From: a bacterium
GTDB lineage: Bacteria; Patescibacteriota; Minisyncoccia; Phycocordibacterales; UBA9973
Reading direction: 5' to 3'
Length of the DNA stretch: 64,000 bases
NCBI GenBank assembly: GCA_037127795.1
Contig: JBAXXQ010000001.1
Location: 252,274 to 316,273 of the forward strand
How positions within the stretch are numbered: the first letter of the stretch is position 1; each line of letters opens with the position of its first letter. This document shows, one piece after another, positions 1-7,983 of the stretch. A program made the translations under genes and the position numbers. The notes below the pieces were generated by a model. It saw only the letters and a list, made by a program, of their open reading frames with translations. It was not told the origin of the DNA and made no database searches.

Positions 1-3
1 ATT

Positions 4-339
4 ATGATAGTGCTTTTAAAAACTTTTTTGTTTGTCGGTATTATTGCCGTGTCTGTATTGTTTCTCTATATTATTGGGTGGTACTTAGGGCGACGCAATT
101 TATTTGTCCCAGGTGGTAAGAATGCAACAATAATTCTTATTGCACTGACAATTTTGGGCGGGATACCAGCATTGCTTTATATTCCACATATTCCTTCTAT
201 TATGGATACAGGAAAGGATGGTGTAGATGCTGGAGTATGGCTTATGATCGGTAGTTTTGTATCAAACGCTATTACTATTATGAATGGTGCCAAGTCCGGG
301 CAAAAAAGTATAACGAAAGAAGTTCTCAAAAAACCGTAG
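4..339 (+). CDS. Hypothetical small polytopic membrane protein. ORF abuts the window edge and may be 5' partial.
   Basis: ORF track; hydrophobic segments; followed by hairpin terminator. Confidence 0.4.
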   Translation: MIVLLKTFLFVGIIAVSVLFLYIIGWYLGRRNLFVPGGKNATIILIALTILGGIPALLYIPHIPSIMDTGKDGVDAGVWLMIGSFVSNAITIMNGAKSGQKSITKEVLKKP

Positions 340-400
340 CAGGTAAAATGTAAAAATTTAATATTGAGATATTGTACTGTAGTATCTTTGTATTTAAAAA

Positions 401-427
401 GCCGCAATATATTTGCGGCTTTTTTGT
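401..427 (+). terminator. Rho-independent terminator
   Basis: Hairpin gccgcaa-tatat-ttgcggc followed by TTTTTT. Confidence 0.55.
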
Positions 428-466
428 ATGATATACTAGTGATATTATAATTTTTTTACAGACCAT

Positions 467-916
467 ATGATACAGATTTTTTTATTGGGAATTTTGGGGG
501 CGGTTATTAGTGCAATTATAGGGACTATCTGGTATTCACCAAATACTCCTATGGGAAAAATCCATATGGAATCTATCGGATTTTCGAAGCTTTCAAAAGA
601 AGAGCAAGAAAAAAAGATTGTAGCAATGAAGCCACACATGTGGAAAAGCTATCTCGCGCAAATGTTCTTCTCTTTTTTGTCTGCAGTATTTATTGCATTT
701 GTTATGACGATGACCAAGCAAAATGGCGTTGCACCATATATAGTATATTTTTATGTACTTTCTGTTTGGCTTTGTTTTACTGCGCCTTTGATAGGACAGT
801 CATTGCTTTGGGGGAATTGCGATCCAAAATTGAAATGGAAAAAATTCTTCTCAGATATTTTTGCAAACTTGGTGATGTTTGTAGTGATAGTATTTGTGTG
901 TAGTTTGATAGTATAA
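467..916 (+). CDS. Hypothetical integral membrane protein (4 predicted TM helices)
   Basis: ORF track; strongly hydrophobic composition. Confidence 0.45.
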   Translation: MIQIFLLGILGAVISAIIGTIWYSPNTPMGKIHMESIGFSKLSKEEQEKKIVAMKPHMWKSYLAQMFFSFLSAVFIAFVMTMTKQNGVAPYIVYFYVLSVWLCFTAPLIGQSLLWGNCDPKLKWKKFFSDIFANLVMFVVIVFVCSLIV

Positions 917-931
917 AAATAATATAAATAT

Positions 932-1333
932 ATGTTAAAAGAATTTAAACAATTTTTATTGAGAGGTAATGTAGTAGATCTCGCAGTCGGTGTGGTTATT
1001 GGTGCAGCGTTTGGTACTATTGTGACAGCGCTTGTTGCAGATTTACTCACCCCATTGATAGCCGCTATTGCAAAGGTTCCAGATTTTTCTGGTATGTTTT
1101 TCACTATTCACGGAAGTAAATTTATGTACGGACATTTTATCAATGCACTGTTCTCATTTTTACTTGTTGCTTCATCGGTATTTTTCTTTGTAGTAAAACC
1201 AATGAATGTACTCATTGCGCGTTCTCGTAAAGAGGTTCCTATAGACCCAACAACAAAAAAATGTACTGAATGTCTTAGCGAGATCCCAATAGATGCAAAG
1301 CGTTGCGCGCATTGTACACAAATAATTGTATAA
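932..1333 (+). CDS. mscL: Large-conductance mechanosensitive channel MscL, with an unusual C-terminal CxxC...CxxC tail
   Basis: N-terminus [28 protein letters not shown] matches the MscL signature (E. coli [28 protein letters not shown]); TM1/TM2 layout; C-terminal KKCTECL...RCAHCTQ. Confidence 0.8.
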   Translation: [133 protein letters not shown]

Positions 1334-1341
1334 AAATAAAA

Positions 1342-1367
1342 AGCTCAACCTAGGTTGAGCTTTTTTC
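1342..1367 (+). terminator. Rho-independent terminator
   Basis: agctcaacc-tagg-ttgagct stem followed by T-tract. Confidence 0.55.
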
Positions 1368-1400
1368 GATGTAATACTTATTAGGGAAAAGTCTATATAT

Positions 1401-1431
1401 TGACATAAATATGTATATATGCTATCATATA
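1401..1431 (+). promoter_or_regulatory. Sigma70-like promoter with extended -10 (TTGACA-17-TGcTATCAT)
   Basis: ttgacataaatatgtatatatgctatcatat upstream of ORF 1442/1469; shares the ATATGC-TAT motif with the 31 nt repeat promoters at 33032 and 47126. Confidence 0.4.
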
Positions 1432-1441
1432 TACAAATATA

Positions 1442-2017
1442 TTGTTTAAAAATCAAAATTTTTTTATTATGGAATCTAGTCTTTTTTGGAGTCATGCATT
1501 AATGCACAGTACTCCGTTGTATGTTTTTGTTATAGCGCACGGCATTATGTACAGCATGCTCCTGTTAGGGAGAAAGGTTTTTGAAGGTCATGCATATGAT
1601 GTATCCTTATCTTCAAGATATGGAGACATAGGCCTGACCGCCTTCTGTATATATGCTGGGTATATATTACAACAACATGAAGCTCGTGAATTTATTGGTA
1701 GTTGGATGGAGAATCCGGTATATCATTATTGTTCACTTGGAGCTGCTGTTATATGTGCTGCTGTATATTTTATTGACCAAAAGCCAAAATACGAAATGGA
1801 TGGCTGGCACGCTATAGTGGTAGTACCATTGTTTGTGTACTTTATTGGTACACTTGCTCCGGTGTATTATTATTTCGGCTCTCCAGTACAGATTGCTATC
1901 GGTGTCTTATTCCTTGTCTCATGGATAATTTTTCTTATCATAGACATAAGAGAGGAAAGACTAAACCAAAGAATGTGGCTTGCAATACATAAGCCGTGGG
2001 TTCGATTTAAAAAGTAG
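1442..2017 (+). CDS. Hypothetical integral membrane protein (alternative start at 1469, MESSLFW)
   Basis: ORF track; multiple hydrophobic helices; terminator downstream. Confidence 0.45.
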   Translation: MFKNQNFFIMESSLFWSHALMHSTPLYVFVIAHGIMYSMLLLGRKVFEGHAYDVSLSSRYGDIGLTAFCIYAGYILQQHEAREFIGSWMENPVYHYCSLGAAVICAAVYFIDQKPKYEMDGWHAIVVVPLFVYFIGTLAPVYYYFGSPVQIAIGVLFLVSWIIFLIIDIREERLNQRMWLAIHKPWVRFKK

Positions 2018-2043
2018 TTTTTAACTGGGTATTTTATCCAAAA

Positions 2044-2072
2044 AGGTCTTCGTTTTTACGGAGACCTTTTTT
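2044..2072 (+). terminator. Rho-independent terminator
   Basis: ggtcttcg...cggagacc hairpin followed by TTTTTT. Confidence 0.45.
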
Positions 2073-2120
2073 ATTTGTGTATATACCTTTTCTGGTATAG
2101 AATGCGAAAAAAATAATTGT

Positions 2121-2609
2121 ATGAGAAAAAAACCTTTTTGGGTTACTGAACGTGATAAACGTTCTTTAAAAAGTGACCATATCAACAAAGTTTTAGGAGA
2201 AAAAAATGTTATTCATAGAAAAAAATCTGATATTGTACATTCAGAAAAAATCATGACAAAACATCATCGGAGACCTCGCGCTCTTGATGGAAGTAATTTT
2301 CCATCAAATATTTCCATGATTTCAAATGAGATCCATAAGGCCTGGACTCTTATTATGGGTGATATGAGTGCGGAGCAAATTTGTAATCATATAAATATAC
2401 ATTTTAAACCTAGAAGTGCTACGGTTATATGTATTTTTATTAATGGGCATCGTTGTAAAAAAGCTGGTGCACCTGGGACCCATGATGAAGCAAAGATTTC
2501 TTATGCATGGAGAATTTTATTTAAGGATTGTAGAAGTTTTAAAAGTAAAATTGATTTTATCAACAGTACCTTACTTGACCCAAGCTATCATCTGTACATC
2601 AGGTATTAA
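2121..2609 (+). CDS. Small HNH (His-Me finger)-like protein of the degenerate, Cys-less type
   Basis: Motif KHH-RRP-RAL-DG-SNFPSN...NEIHKAWTLIMGDMSAEQI resembles the small HNH family (KHHIIPRSRGG...N...HxAWHxLFGNxTPEE). Confidence 0.4.
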   Translation: MRKKPFWVTERDKRSLKSDHINKVLGEKNVIHRKKSDIVHSEKIMTKHHRRPRALDGSNFPSNISMISNEIHKAWTLIMGDMSAEQICNHINIHFKPRSATVICIFINGHRCKKAGAPGTHDEAKISYAWRILFKDCRSFKSKIDFINSTLLDPSYHLYIRY

Positions 2610-2613
2610 TAAA

Positions 2614-2645
2614 ATCCCACCAGACGTGTGTTTGGTGGGATTTTT
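2614..2645 (+). terminator. Rho-independent terminator
   Basis: atcccaccagac-gtgtg-tttggtgggat hairpin plus T-tract. It lies inside the 5' extension of ORF 2628, which argues for the later start at 2661. Confidence 0.5.
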
Positions 2646-2660
2646 ATATATACTATACCT

Positions 2661-3707
2661 ATGGAAACAACAATTAGAAAAACTATTGGTATATGTGGAG
2701 TGGTCGTAGGGTTTGGGGCAATGCTCTATGTTTTATTTATTGCAAAAACTATTTTGTTGTATCTCGTCGTTGCTATCATGCTCGCTATAGCAATATATCC
2801 GCTCGTTTCTCGTATTGAAAAAATACTACACGTGCGAAAAACACTCGCTGTCATACTTTCATATATTATTTTAGGGGTACTAGTTGGTCTTATTATTGGA
2901 GAGGTTATTGTACCACTTGCACACCAAGGGACTTCGTTCATTCGCAATATTCCTACTGTGTGGAGTACGTTTTTGCAAAATCCTCACGTCTTGGAATTGG
3001 TGACTCGGTATCATTTAGAAAATAGTCTCGCGCAACTCTCAAATCAGACATCAGGAATATTGCTTGGTGGAGGAGGATCTATTGTTGTTATTACAGGAAG
3101 TATTATTGCGCAAATAACAGCGACTACTATAGTATTGGTTTTGACATTTTTATTACAAATTGAAGGAGAAAATATTTGGCATTCACTACTTGGTTTTCTC
3201 ACAGAAAAAGATGCGGCAAATGCAAGACGTATCGGAGCAAAAATTACTAAAGCAATCAGTGGGTTTGTTTCAGGAAATTTGTTTATCAGTCTCATTGCGG
3301 GGACAGTAACATTCTTTACGTTGTGGCTACTCAAAGTACCCTATGCATTTGCGCTTGCGGGGCTTGTCGCGGTATTTGATCTTATCCCGCTTATTGGCGC
3401 CTCTATCGCAACTATTGCTATCGGGCTTGTCGCACTTTCAAAAGGACTTTTTGTGGCAATTCTTGCGGTGGGCATTATCTTGATATATCAGTTTGTTGAA
3501 GGGCATTTTATACAACCAATTGTGTATTCAAAATCTATCAATCTCTCTGCGTTGATAATTGTTATTGCTAGTGTGTTTGGTGCAGAGCTTGGAGGTATAC
3601 TCGGTATCTTGATGGCTATACCAGTAGCGGCTGTTATTCAAATAATTTGTATTGAGACATACGAATTTTTTGCAAATAGAAAAGTGCATACAGAGGTTGT
3701 AGGGTAA
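2661..3707 (+). CDS. AI-2E family transporter (PerM/UPF0118-like permease)
   Basis: ~350 aa polytopic membrane protein with conserved Gly-rich loop and C-terminal helices typical of the AI-2E family; start set at METTIRK after the upstream terminator. Confidence 0.6.
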   Translation: METTIRKTIGICGVVVGFGAMLYVLFIAKTILLYLVVAIMLAIAIYPLVSRIEKILHVRKTLAVILSYIILGVLVGLIIGEVIVPLAHQGTSFIRNIPTVWSTFLQNPHVLELVTRYHLENSLAQLSNQTSGILLGGGGSIVVITGSIIAQITATTIVLVLTFLLQIEGENIWHSLLGFLTEKDAANARRIGAKITKAISGFVSGNLFISLIAGTVTFFTLWLLKVPYAFALAGLVAVFDLIPLIGASIATIAIGLVALSKGLFVAILAVGIILIYQFVEGHFIQPIVYSKSINLSALIIVIASVFGAELGGILGILMAIPVAAVIQIICIETYEFFANRKVHTEVVG

Positions 3708-3765
3708 AAAAAATGATTTATTGACATTTCAATATTTTAAAGTAGTATTACAAAAAATATTGTAA

Positions 3766-4254
3766 ATGAAAAAAACGAAAAAAGTGTGCGTAATTGCACT
3801 ATCTTTTGGTATGCGTAGTCTTACCGAAAATAGAAGAGATGAATACGGTATTAGTAATTATTCTATTGCACAAGTTGCGATGGGATATAACCTTCCTATT
3901 ATTTCTCAGTGGGAAATTTCGAGATTGTTATCTATCGAAAAAGTTACACCTGTTCTTTCTGTGGAGTCAAAAAGAGGTAAATATCTTGATTCTCGAGATG
4001 TACTCATTGCGGCAAAAAACTTCATGGATCAAAACGGTTTTACTCATGCGGTATTGGTCGGACATCATGCACATCTACCAAGGGTGCGTATGATAGCTGA
4101 ATCAATGAAAATTGATTTGGAGAGAGATCTTGATAATTATTGGTGGATTCCTTATGATAATTTTTCTACACAGTGGTGGACCAGAACGTGGTATTTTTGG
4201 TGGCTTCGTGAACCGTTGGTATATATTCATCATCTAACTAAAGGGTGGATATAA
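3766..4254 (+). CDS. DUF218 / YdcF-ElyC-SanA-like protein
   Basis: AVLVGHHAHLPRVRMIAESM resembles the DUF218 core (VLVTSxxHMxRA). Confidence 0.45.
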   Translation: MKKTKKVCVIALSFGMRSLTENRRDEYGISNYSIAQVAMGYNLPIISQWEISRLLSIEKVTPVLSVESKRGKYLDSRDVLIAAKNFMDQNGFTHAVLVGHHAHLPRVRMIAESMKIDLERDLDNYWWIPYDNFSTQWWTRTWYFWWLREPLVYIHHLTKGWI

Positions 4255-4324
4255 AAATGTATTTAAAAGCTATTCGTAATAGGATGGCTTTTTTATTTTG
4301 TATATATTGGTATACTTATCACAT

Positions 4325-4570
4325 ATGGAAGACTCAAAAGAAATTTGGTTTAGACGCAAATTGTATGGCTGGGGGTGGACACCTTGTACATGGCAAGGCT
4401 GGGCAACACTACTCGCATAGGTAGTAATTGTTGCAGTATTGGCAGGAGGGCTCGATTACTTTTTTTGGAGGAAAATAGGAGTATTACTTGCTACCGCTAT
4501 GCTCATATATATTTGCTACACCAAAGGAGAAAAGCCGTGCTGGCAGTGGGGGAAGCGCAAAGATTTATAA
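4325..4570 (+). pseudogene. Trp-rich small membrane ORF interrupted by a single in-frame TAG at 4418 (pseudogene, readthrough, or two micro-ORFs)
   Basis: Manual translation: MEDSKEIWFRRKLYGWGWTPCTWQGWATLLA-TAG-VVIVAVLAGGLDYFFWRKIGVLLATAMLIYICYTKGEKPCWQWGKRKDL-TAA. Both halves are in the same frame. Confidence 0.25.
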
Positions 4571-4599
4571 TTGACTTTATTTGTATATATGATACAATA
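4571..4599 (+). promoter_or_regulatory. Sigma70-like promoter (TTGACT-16-TACAAT)
   Basis: ttgactttatttgtatatatgatacaat upstream of the 4618 ORF. Confidence 0.35.
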
Positions 4600-4617
4600 T
4601 GAAAAATTATTGTATAT

Positions 4618-4944
4618 ATGACAACAGCAAAAGGTGGTACACCGTACATCCCACAAAGTACGTCGCACAAAAACTCTCATGTAGTTCATGATGACGTGAT
4701 TAATAACTACATTGCAGATTCTGGAAAATTTAAAGTATGCAGACTCATTCACGGAAGAGAATCAAAGCGCCTCGGAGGAAAAGACTTTAATACAGTAACA
4801 GAAGCCTTGCAGGTTGCTGAGCATTTTATCAAACAGAGGGCGACTTCTGTTCAGGTTTTTGATGATCAAGGGAAAGATTTGCTTTCCAATGGAAAAGTAA
4901 AAGATGAATATTTATATTTGTTGGATACAGTCCCTACTGCCTAA
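4618..4944 (+). CDS. Hypothetical soluble protein
   Basis: ORF track; strong terminator immediately downstream. Confidence 0.4.
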   Translation: MTTAKGGTPYIPQSTSHKNSHVVHDDVINNYIADSGKFKVCRLIHGRESKRLGGKDFNTVTEALQVAEHFIKQRATSVQVFDDQGKDLLSNGKVKDEYLYLLDTVPTA

Positions 4945-4951
4945 GTTAGTA

Positions 4952-4994
4952 AGCCCGAGAAAAAATGAAATATCATTTTTTCTCGGGCTTTTTT
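4952..4994 (+). terminator. Rho-independent terminator (long hairpin)
   Basis: agcccgagaaaaaatga / tcattttttctcgggct followed by TTTTTT. Confidence 0.6.
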
Positions 4995-5016
4995 GTTTTT
5001 GTGATAAAATCAAAAC

Positions 5017-6093
5017 ATGCGTATAGAAAATGAAATAAAACTTGATTATAGTGATGTGTTGTTGCGACCAAAAAGAAGTACTCTTGAATCTCGTAAAGAA
5101 GTAGAGCTTGAGCGAACTATGGCATTTTATCATTCATCCAAAACATGGACAGGTATTCCTATTATGGCGGCAAATATGGCAACGTGTGGGACATTCGATA
5201 TGGCTCGTGCACTCGCGCCACACAAAATGATTACGACATTTCATAAATACTATACTGTCGCAGACTACACAGAATTCTTTTCTTCTTTTAATAATCCTGA
5301 CTACATTGCATACACGCTCGGTATACGCGATGAAGATATTGCAAAATTGCGAGAAATGATAGACACCAAGCTGATATACAATTTTTCTTTTATTTGTATC
5401 GATGTACCCAATGGTTATTTGGAACGATTTTTAGAAGCAATAAAATTGGTACGTTCATTGTGTCCTGATCATATTATTATTGCTGGTAATGTTGTAACAA
5501 ATGAAATGACTGAAGAGATAATTCTCTCTGGTGCAGATATTGTAAAGGTAGGTATTGGCCCAGGATCTGTGTGTACTACTCGTCGTATGACGGGTGTCGG
5601 ATATCCGCAACTTTCTGCGGTTATAGAATGTGCTGATGCGGCGCACGGTATCTCAAATGGGCGTGGCGGATACGGACTCGTGATTGCAGACGGCGGACAA
5701 CAATACCCTTCATGTATTGCAAAAGCGTTTTGTGGGGGAGCAGACTTTAATATGGCAGGGTCACTATTTTCTGGTTTTGATGAAAGTGCGGGGAATGTGA
5801 TAGAAAAAGATGGGAAAAAGTTTAAAGAATATTTTGGTTCATCATCAAATAAAGCATTGCAAGATTTTTATGGTAAAAAAGATGCACACCGAGCTTCAGA
5901 AGGACGCTTTGTATTGATGCCATACAAGGGTGGTAGTGTAAATGTTTTTATACAAGATTTGTTCGGCTCACTTCGTAGTACAGGTACCTATATTGGTGCA
6001 AAACGACTCAAAGAATTTCCAAAACGTGCGACATTTATACAAGTGCACCACCAACTTACTACCTATTTAGAAAAATACGATATCGGAGAATAG
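5017..6093 (+). CDS. guaC: GMP reductase (IMPDH/GMPR family, no CBS insert)
   Basis: Near-colinear match to E. coli GuaC: MRIE..L.F.DVL.RPKRSTL.SR..VELER, GIGPGSVCTTR, GVGYPQLSAVIECADAAHG, catalytic Cys loop. Confidence 0.8.
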   Translation: MRIENEIKLDYSDVLLRPKRSTLESRKEVELERTMAFYHSSKTWTGIPIMAANMATCGTFDMARALAPHKMITTFHKYYTVADYTEFFSSFNNPDYIAYTLGIRDEDIAKLREMIDTKLIYNFSFICIDVPNGYLERFLEAIKLVRSLCPDHIIIAGNVVTNEMTEEIILSGADIVKVGIGPGSVCTTRRMTGVGYPQLSAVIECADAAHGISNGRGGYGLVIADGGQQYPSCIAKAFCGGADFNMAGSLFSGFDESAGNVIEKDGKKFKEYFGSSSNKALQDFYGKKDAHRASEGRFVLMPYKGGSVNVFIQDLFGSLRSTGTYIGAKRLKEFPKRATFIQVHHQLTTYLEKYDIGE

Positions 6094-6133
6094 TGAGGTG
6101 CTATATATAGATTTTGTGCTATACTAAGCCCCT

Positions 6134-7546
6134 ATGAAATTATTTTCCAGAAAAACAAAAATTATCGCAACCATTGGCCCGGGGTCAGAATCAAAAGAAA
6201 TGTTCGCAAAACTTATTCACGCAGGGGTGAATGTAGCGCGTACCAATATGAGTCATGATGATCACGCAGGGCACACCAAGCGTATCAAAACTATTCGTGC
6301 TGTTTCAAAAAAAGAAGGAGTACCAGTAGCTATCTTGCAAGATCTTTCAGGACCAAAAATCCGTATTGGAGACTTTGCACAAGGACCTGTTGAGCTCGTA
6401 CCAGGAAAGCAATTTATTCTTTCAGGAACTCCTTGTGAAGGAGACGCAACAAAAGTATTTTTCAATTACCCAGATATTCGTCGCGATCTCAAGGTAGGAC
6501 AAGTGATCATGCTTGATGATGGAAAAAAGAAACTCGTAGTAACAAAAATTGCAGGAGATGATATCATAACAAAAGTTGTTGTCGGTGGTACAACAAAATC
6601 TCGTCGTGGGGTGAACCTCCCAGGTGCATACCTTTCTATTTCTGCACTCACAGACAAAGACAAAAAAGATCTCGCACTCGGTCTTGAGCTTGGTGTAGAT
6701 ATTATTGCATTGTCATTTGTGCGTACCGCAAAAGATATTGAAGAGCTTCGTGGTTTGATAAAAAAAGCAAAAGGTAATCAACTCATTGTTGCAAAGATTG
6801 AGACAGAAGAAGCAATTGCAAATATTGATGAAATTATTGCAGCAACAGATGCAGTTATGGTTGCTCGTGGAGATCTCGCTGTAGAGATTGGTCCAGAACG
6901 TGTTCCTGCTATTCAAAAAACTATTATAAAAAAATGTAATGATCTTGGTAAGCCGGTTATTGTTGCAACACAAATGCTCGAATCAATGATTCAAAGTCCA
7001 GTACCTACTCGTGCTGAAGTTTCAGACGTTGCGAATGCAATTTTTGATGGTGCAGATGCAGTCATGCTTTCAGAAGAAACAGCACTCGGTGCATATCCAG
7101 TAGAAGCAGTAACTACTATGCATCATGTTGCGCTCGATATTGAAGCACACATTGGGACACACCGTAGATTCCGTGTTCGTCATGACGATATTGTAGACTC
7201 TATTAGTTCTTCTGTAGTACACAACGCTGAAGACGCACATGCTCGTGCTATTGTTGCGCTTACTTCGAGTGGATTCACTCCTCGTATGATTGCTCGATAC
7301 AAGCCACAACAACCAATCATTGTACTTACTAGTTCAGAGCTTGTTGCTCGCCAAGTAATGCTTTCATATGGTTGTTTCCCAATTGTAGAAAAGAAATTCA
7401 AAGATATTTCTCAAGTTATGAAGGGGGTACATACATACTTGGAGCAAAAAGATTTGATCAATAAAAAAGATATCGTTATTCTATCAGCGGGGACTCCATG
7501 GGGTGTTTCTGGTGGTACAAACATGCTCGCAGTGCTTTCTCAATAG
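6134..7546 (+). CDS. pyk: Pyruvate kinase
   Basis: KTKIIATIGPGSES, NVARTNMSHDDH, MVARGDLAVEIG and C-terminal domain; 470 aa. Confidence 0.85.
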   Translation: MKLFSRKTKIIATIGPGSESKEMFAKLIHAGVNVARTNMSHDDHAGHTKRIKTIRAVSKKEGVPVAILQDLSGPKIRIGDFAQGPVELVPGKQFILSGTPCEGDATKVFFNYPDIRRDLKVGQVIMLDDGKKKLVVTKIAGDDIITKVVVGGTTKSRRGVNLPGAYLSISALTDKDKKDLALGLELGVDIIALSFVRTAKDIEELRGLIKKAKGNQLIVAKIETEEAIANIDEIIAATDAVMVARGDLAVEIGPERVPAIQKTIIKKCNDLGKPVIVATQMLESMIQSPVPTRAEVSDVANAIFDGADAVMLSEETALGAYPVEAVTTMHHVALDIEAHIGTHRRFRVRHDDIVDSISSSVVHNAEDAHARAIVALTSSGFTPRMIARYKPQQPIIVLTSSELVARQVMLSYGCFPIVEKKFKDISQVMKGVHTYLEQKDLINKKDIVILSAGTPWGVSGGTNMLAVLSQ

Positions 7547-7563
7547 TGGTATACTAGAGAGGT

Positions 7564-7920
7564 ATGAATATCATAATAAAATCAACAAACATGGAGCTTA
7601 CTCCGGCGATTAAGGATTATGCAGAAAAGCGTATCTCAAAAGCAATTGTAAAATATGTCACTGATGCCGCAGATCTTTCTATAGAAGTTGCAAAGACTAC
7701 CAATCATCACAAAAACGGTGATGTATTTATGGCAGAAACAAATGTCACTACTCCACTCGGTACACAATATCGCGCAGTGTCTGAAAAACCAGATCTCTAC
7801 GAAGCGATAGATGATGTCCGTGATACATTGGTACGTGAATTAAATAACTCAAAAGATAAAAAAGAAAATCTCTGGAGACGAAGCTCTCGCGCAATCAAAA
7901 AGATGGTACGAAAGTGGTAG
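7564..7920 (+). CDS. hpf: Ribosome hibernation promoting factor (HPF/RaiA, short form)
   Basis: N-terminus M.I.I.S.N.ELTPAI.DYAEKRISK with the beta-alpha-beta-beta-beta-alpha HPF signature; ~118 aa. Confidence 0.7.
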   Translation: MNIIIKSTNMELTPAIKDYAEKRISKAIVKYVTDAADLSIEVAKTTNHHKNGDVFMAETNVTTPLGTQYRAVSEKPDLYEAIDDVRDTLVRELNNSKDKKENLWRRSSRAIKKMVRKW

Positions 7921-7944
7921 TATTACGATAGTAAAAATAATAAG

Positions 7945-7983
7945 CATAGAGTATACTGTATGTATCTCTATGCTTTTATTTTT
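7945..7983 (+). terminator. Hairpin terminator after hpf (overlaps the start codon of the next gene)
   Basis: aagcatagag...ctctatgctt hairpin followed by ttattttttg. Confidence 0.35.

Noticed and set aside
2416-2709. 97 aa ORF overlapping the end of 2121-2609 and the start of the AI-2E transporter
   Set aside because: Spans an intrinsic terminator hairpin (2614-2645) and overlaps two better-supported genes.
3794-4093. 99 aa ORF in another frame within the DUF218 gene
   Set aside because: Overlaps a longer ORF with a recognisable motif; Leu/Phe-rich artefact.
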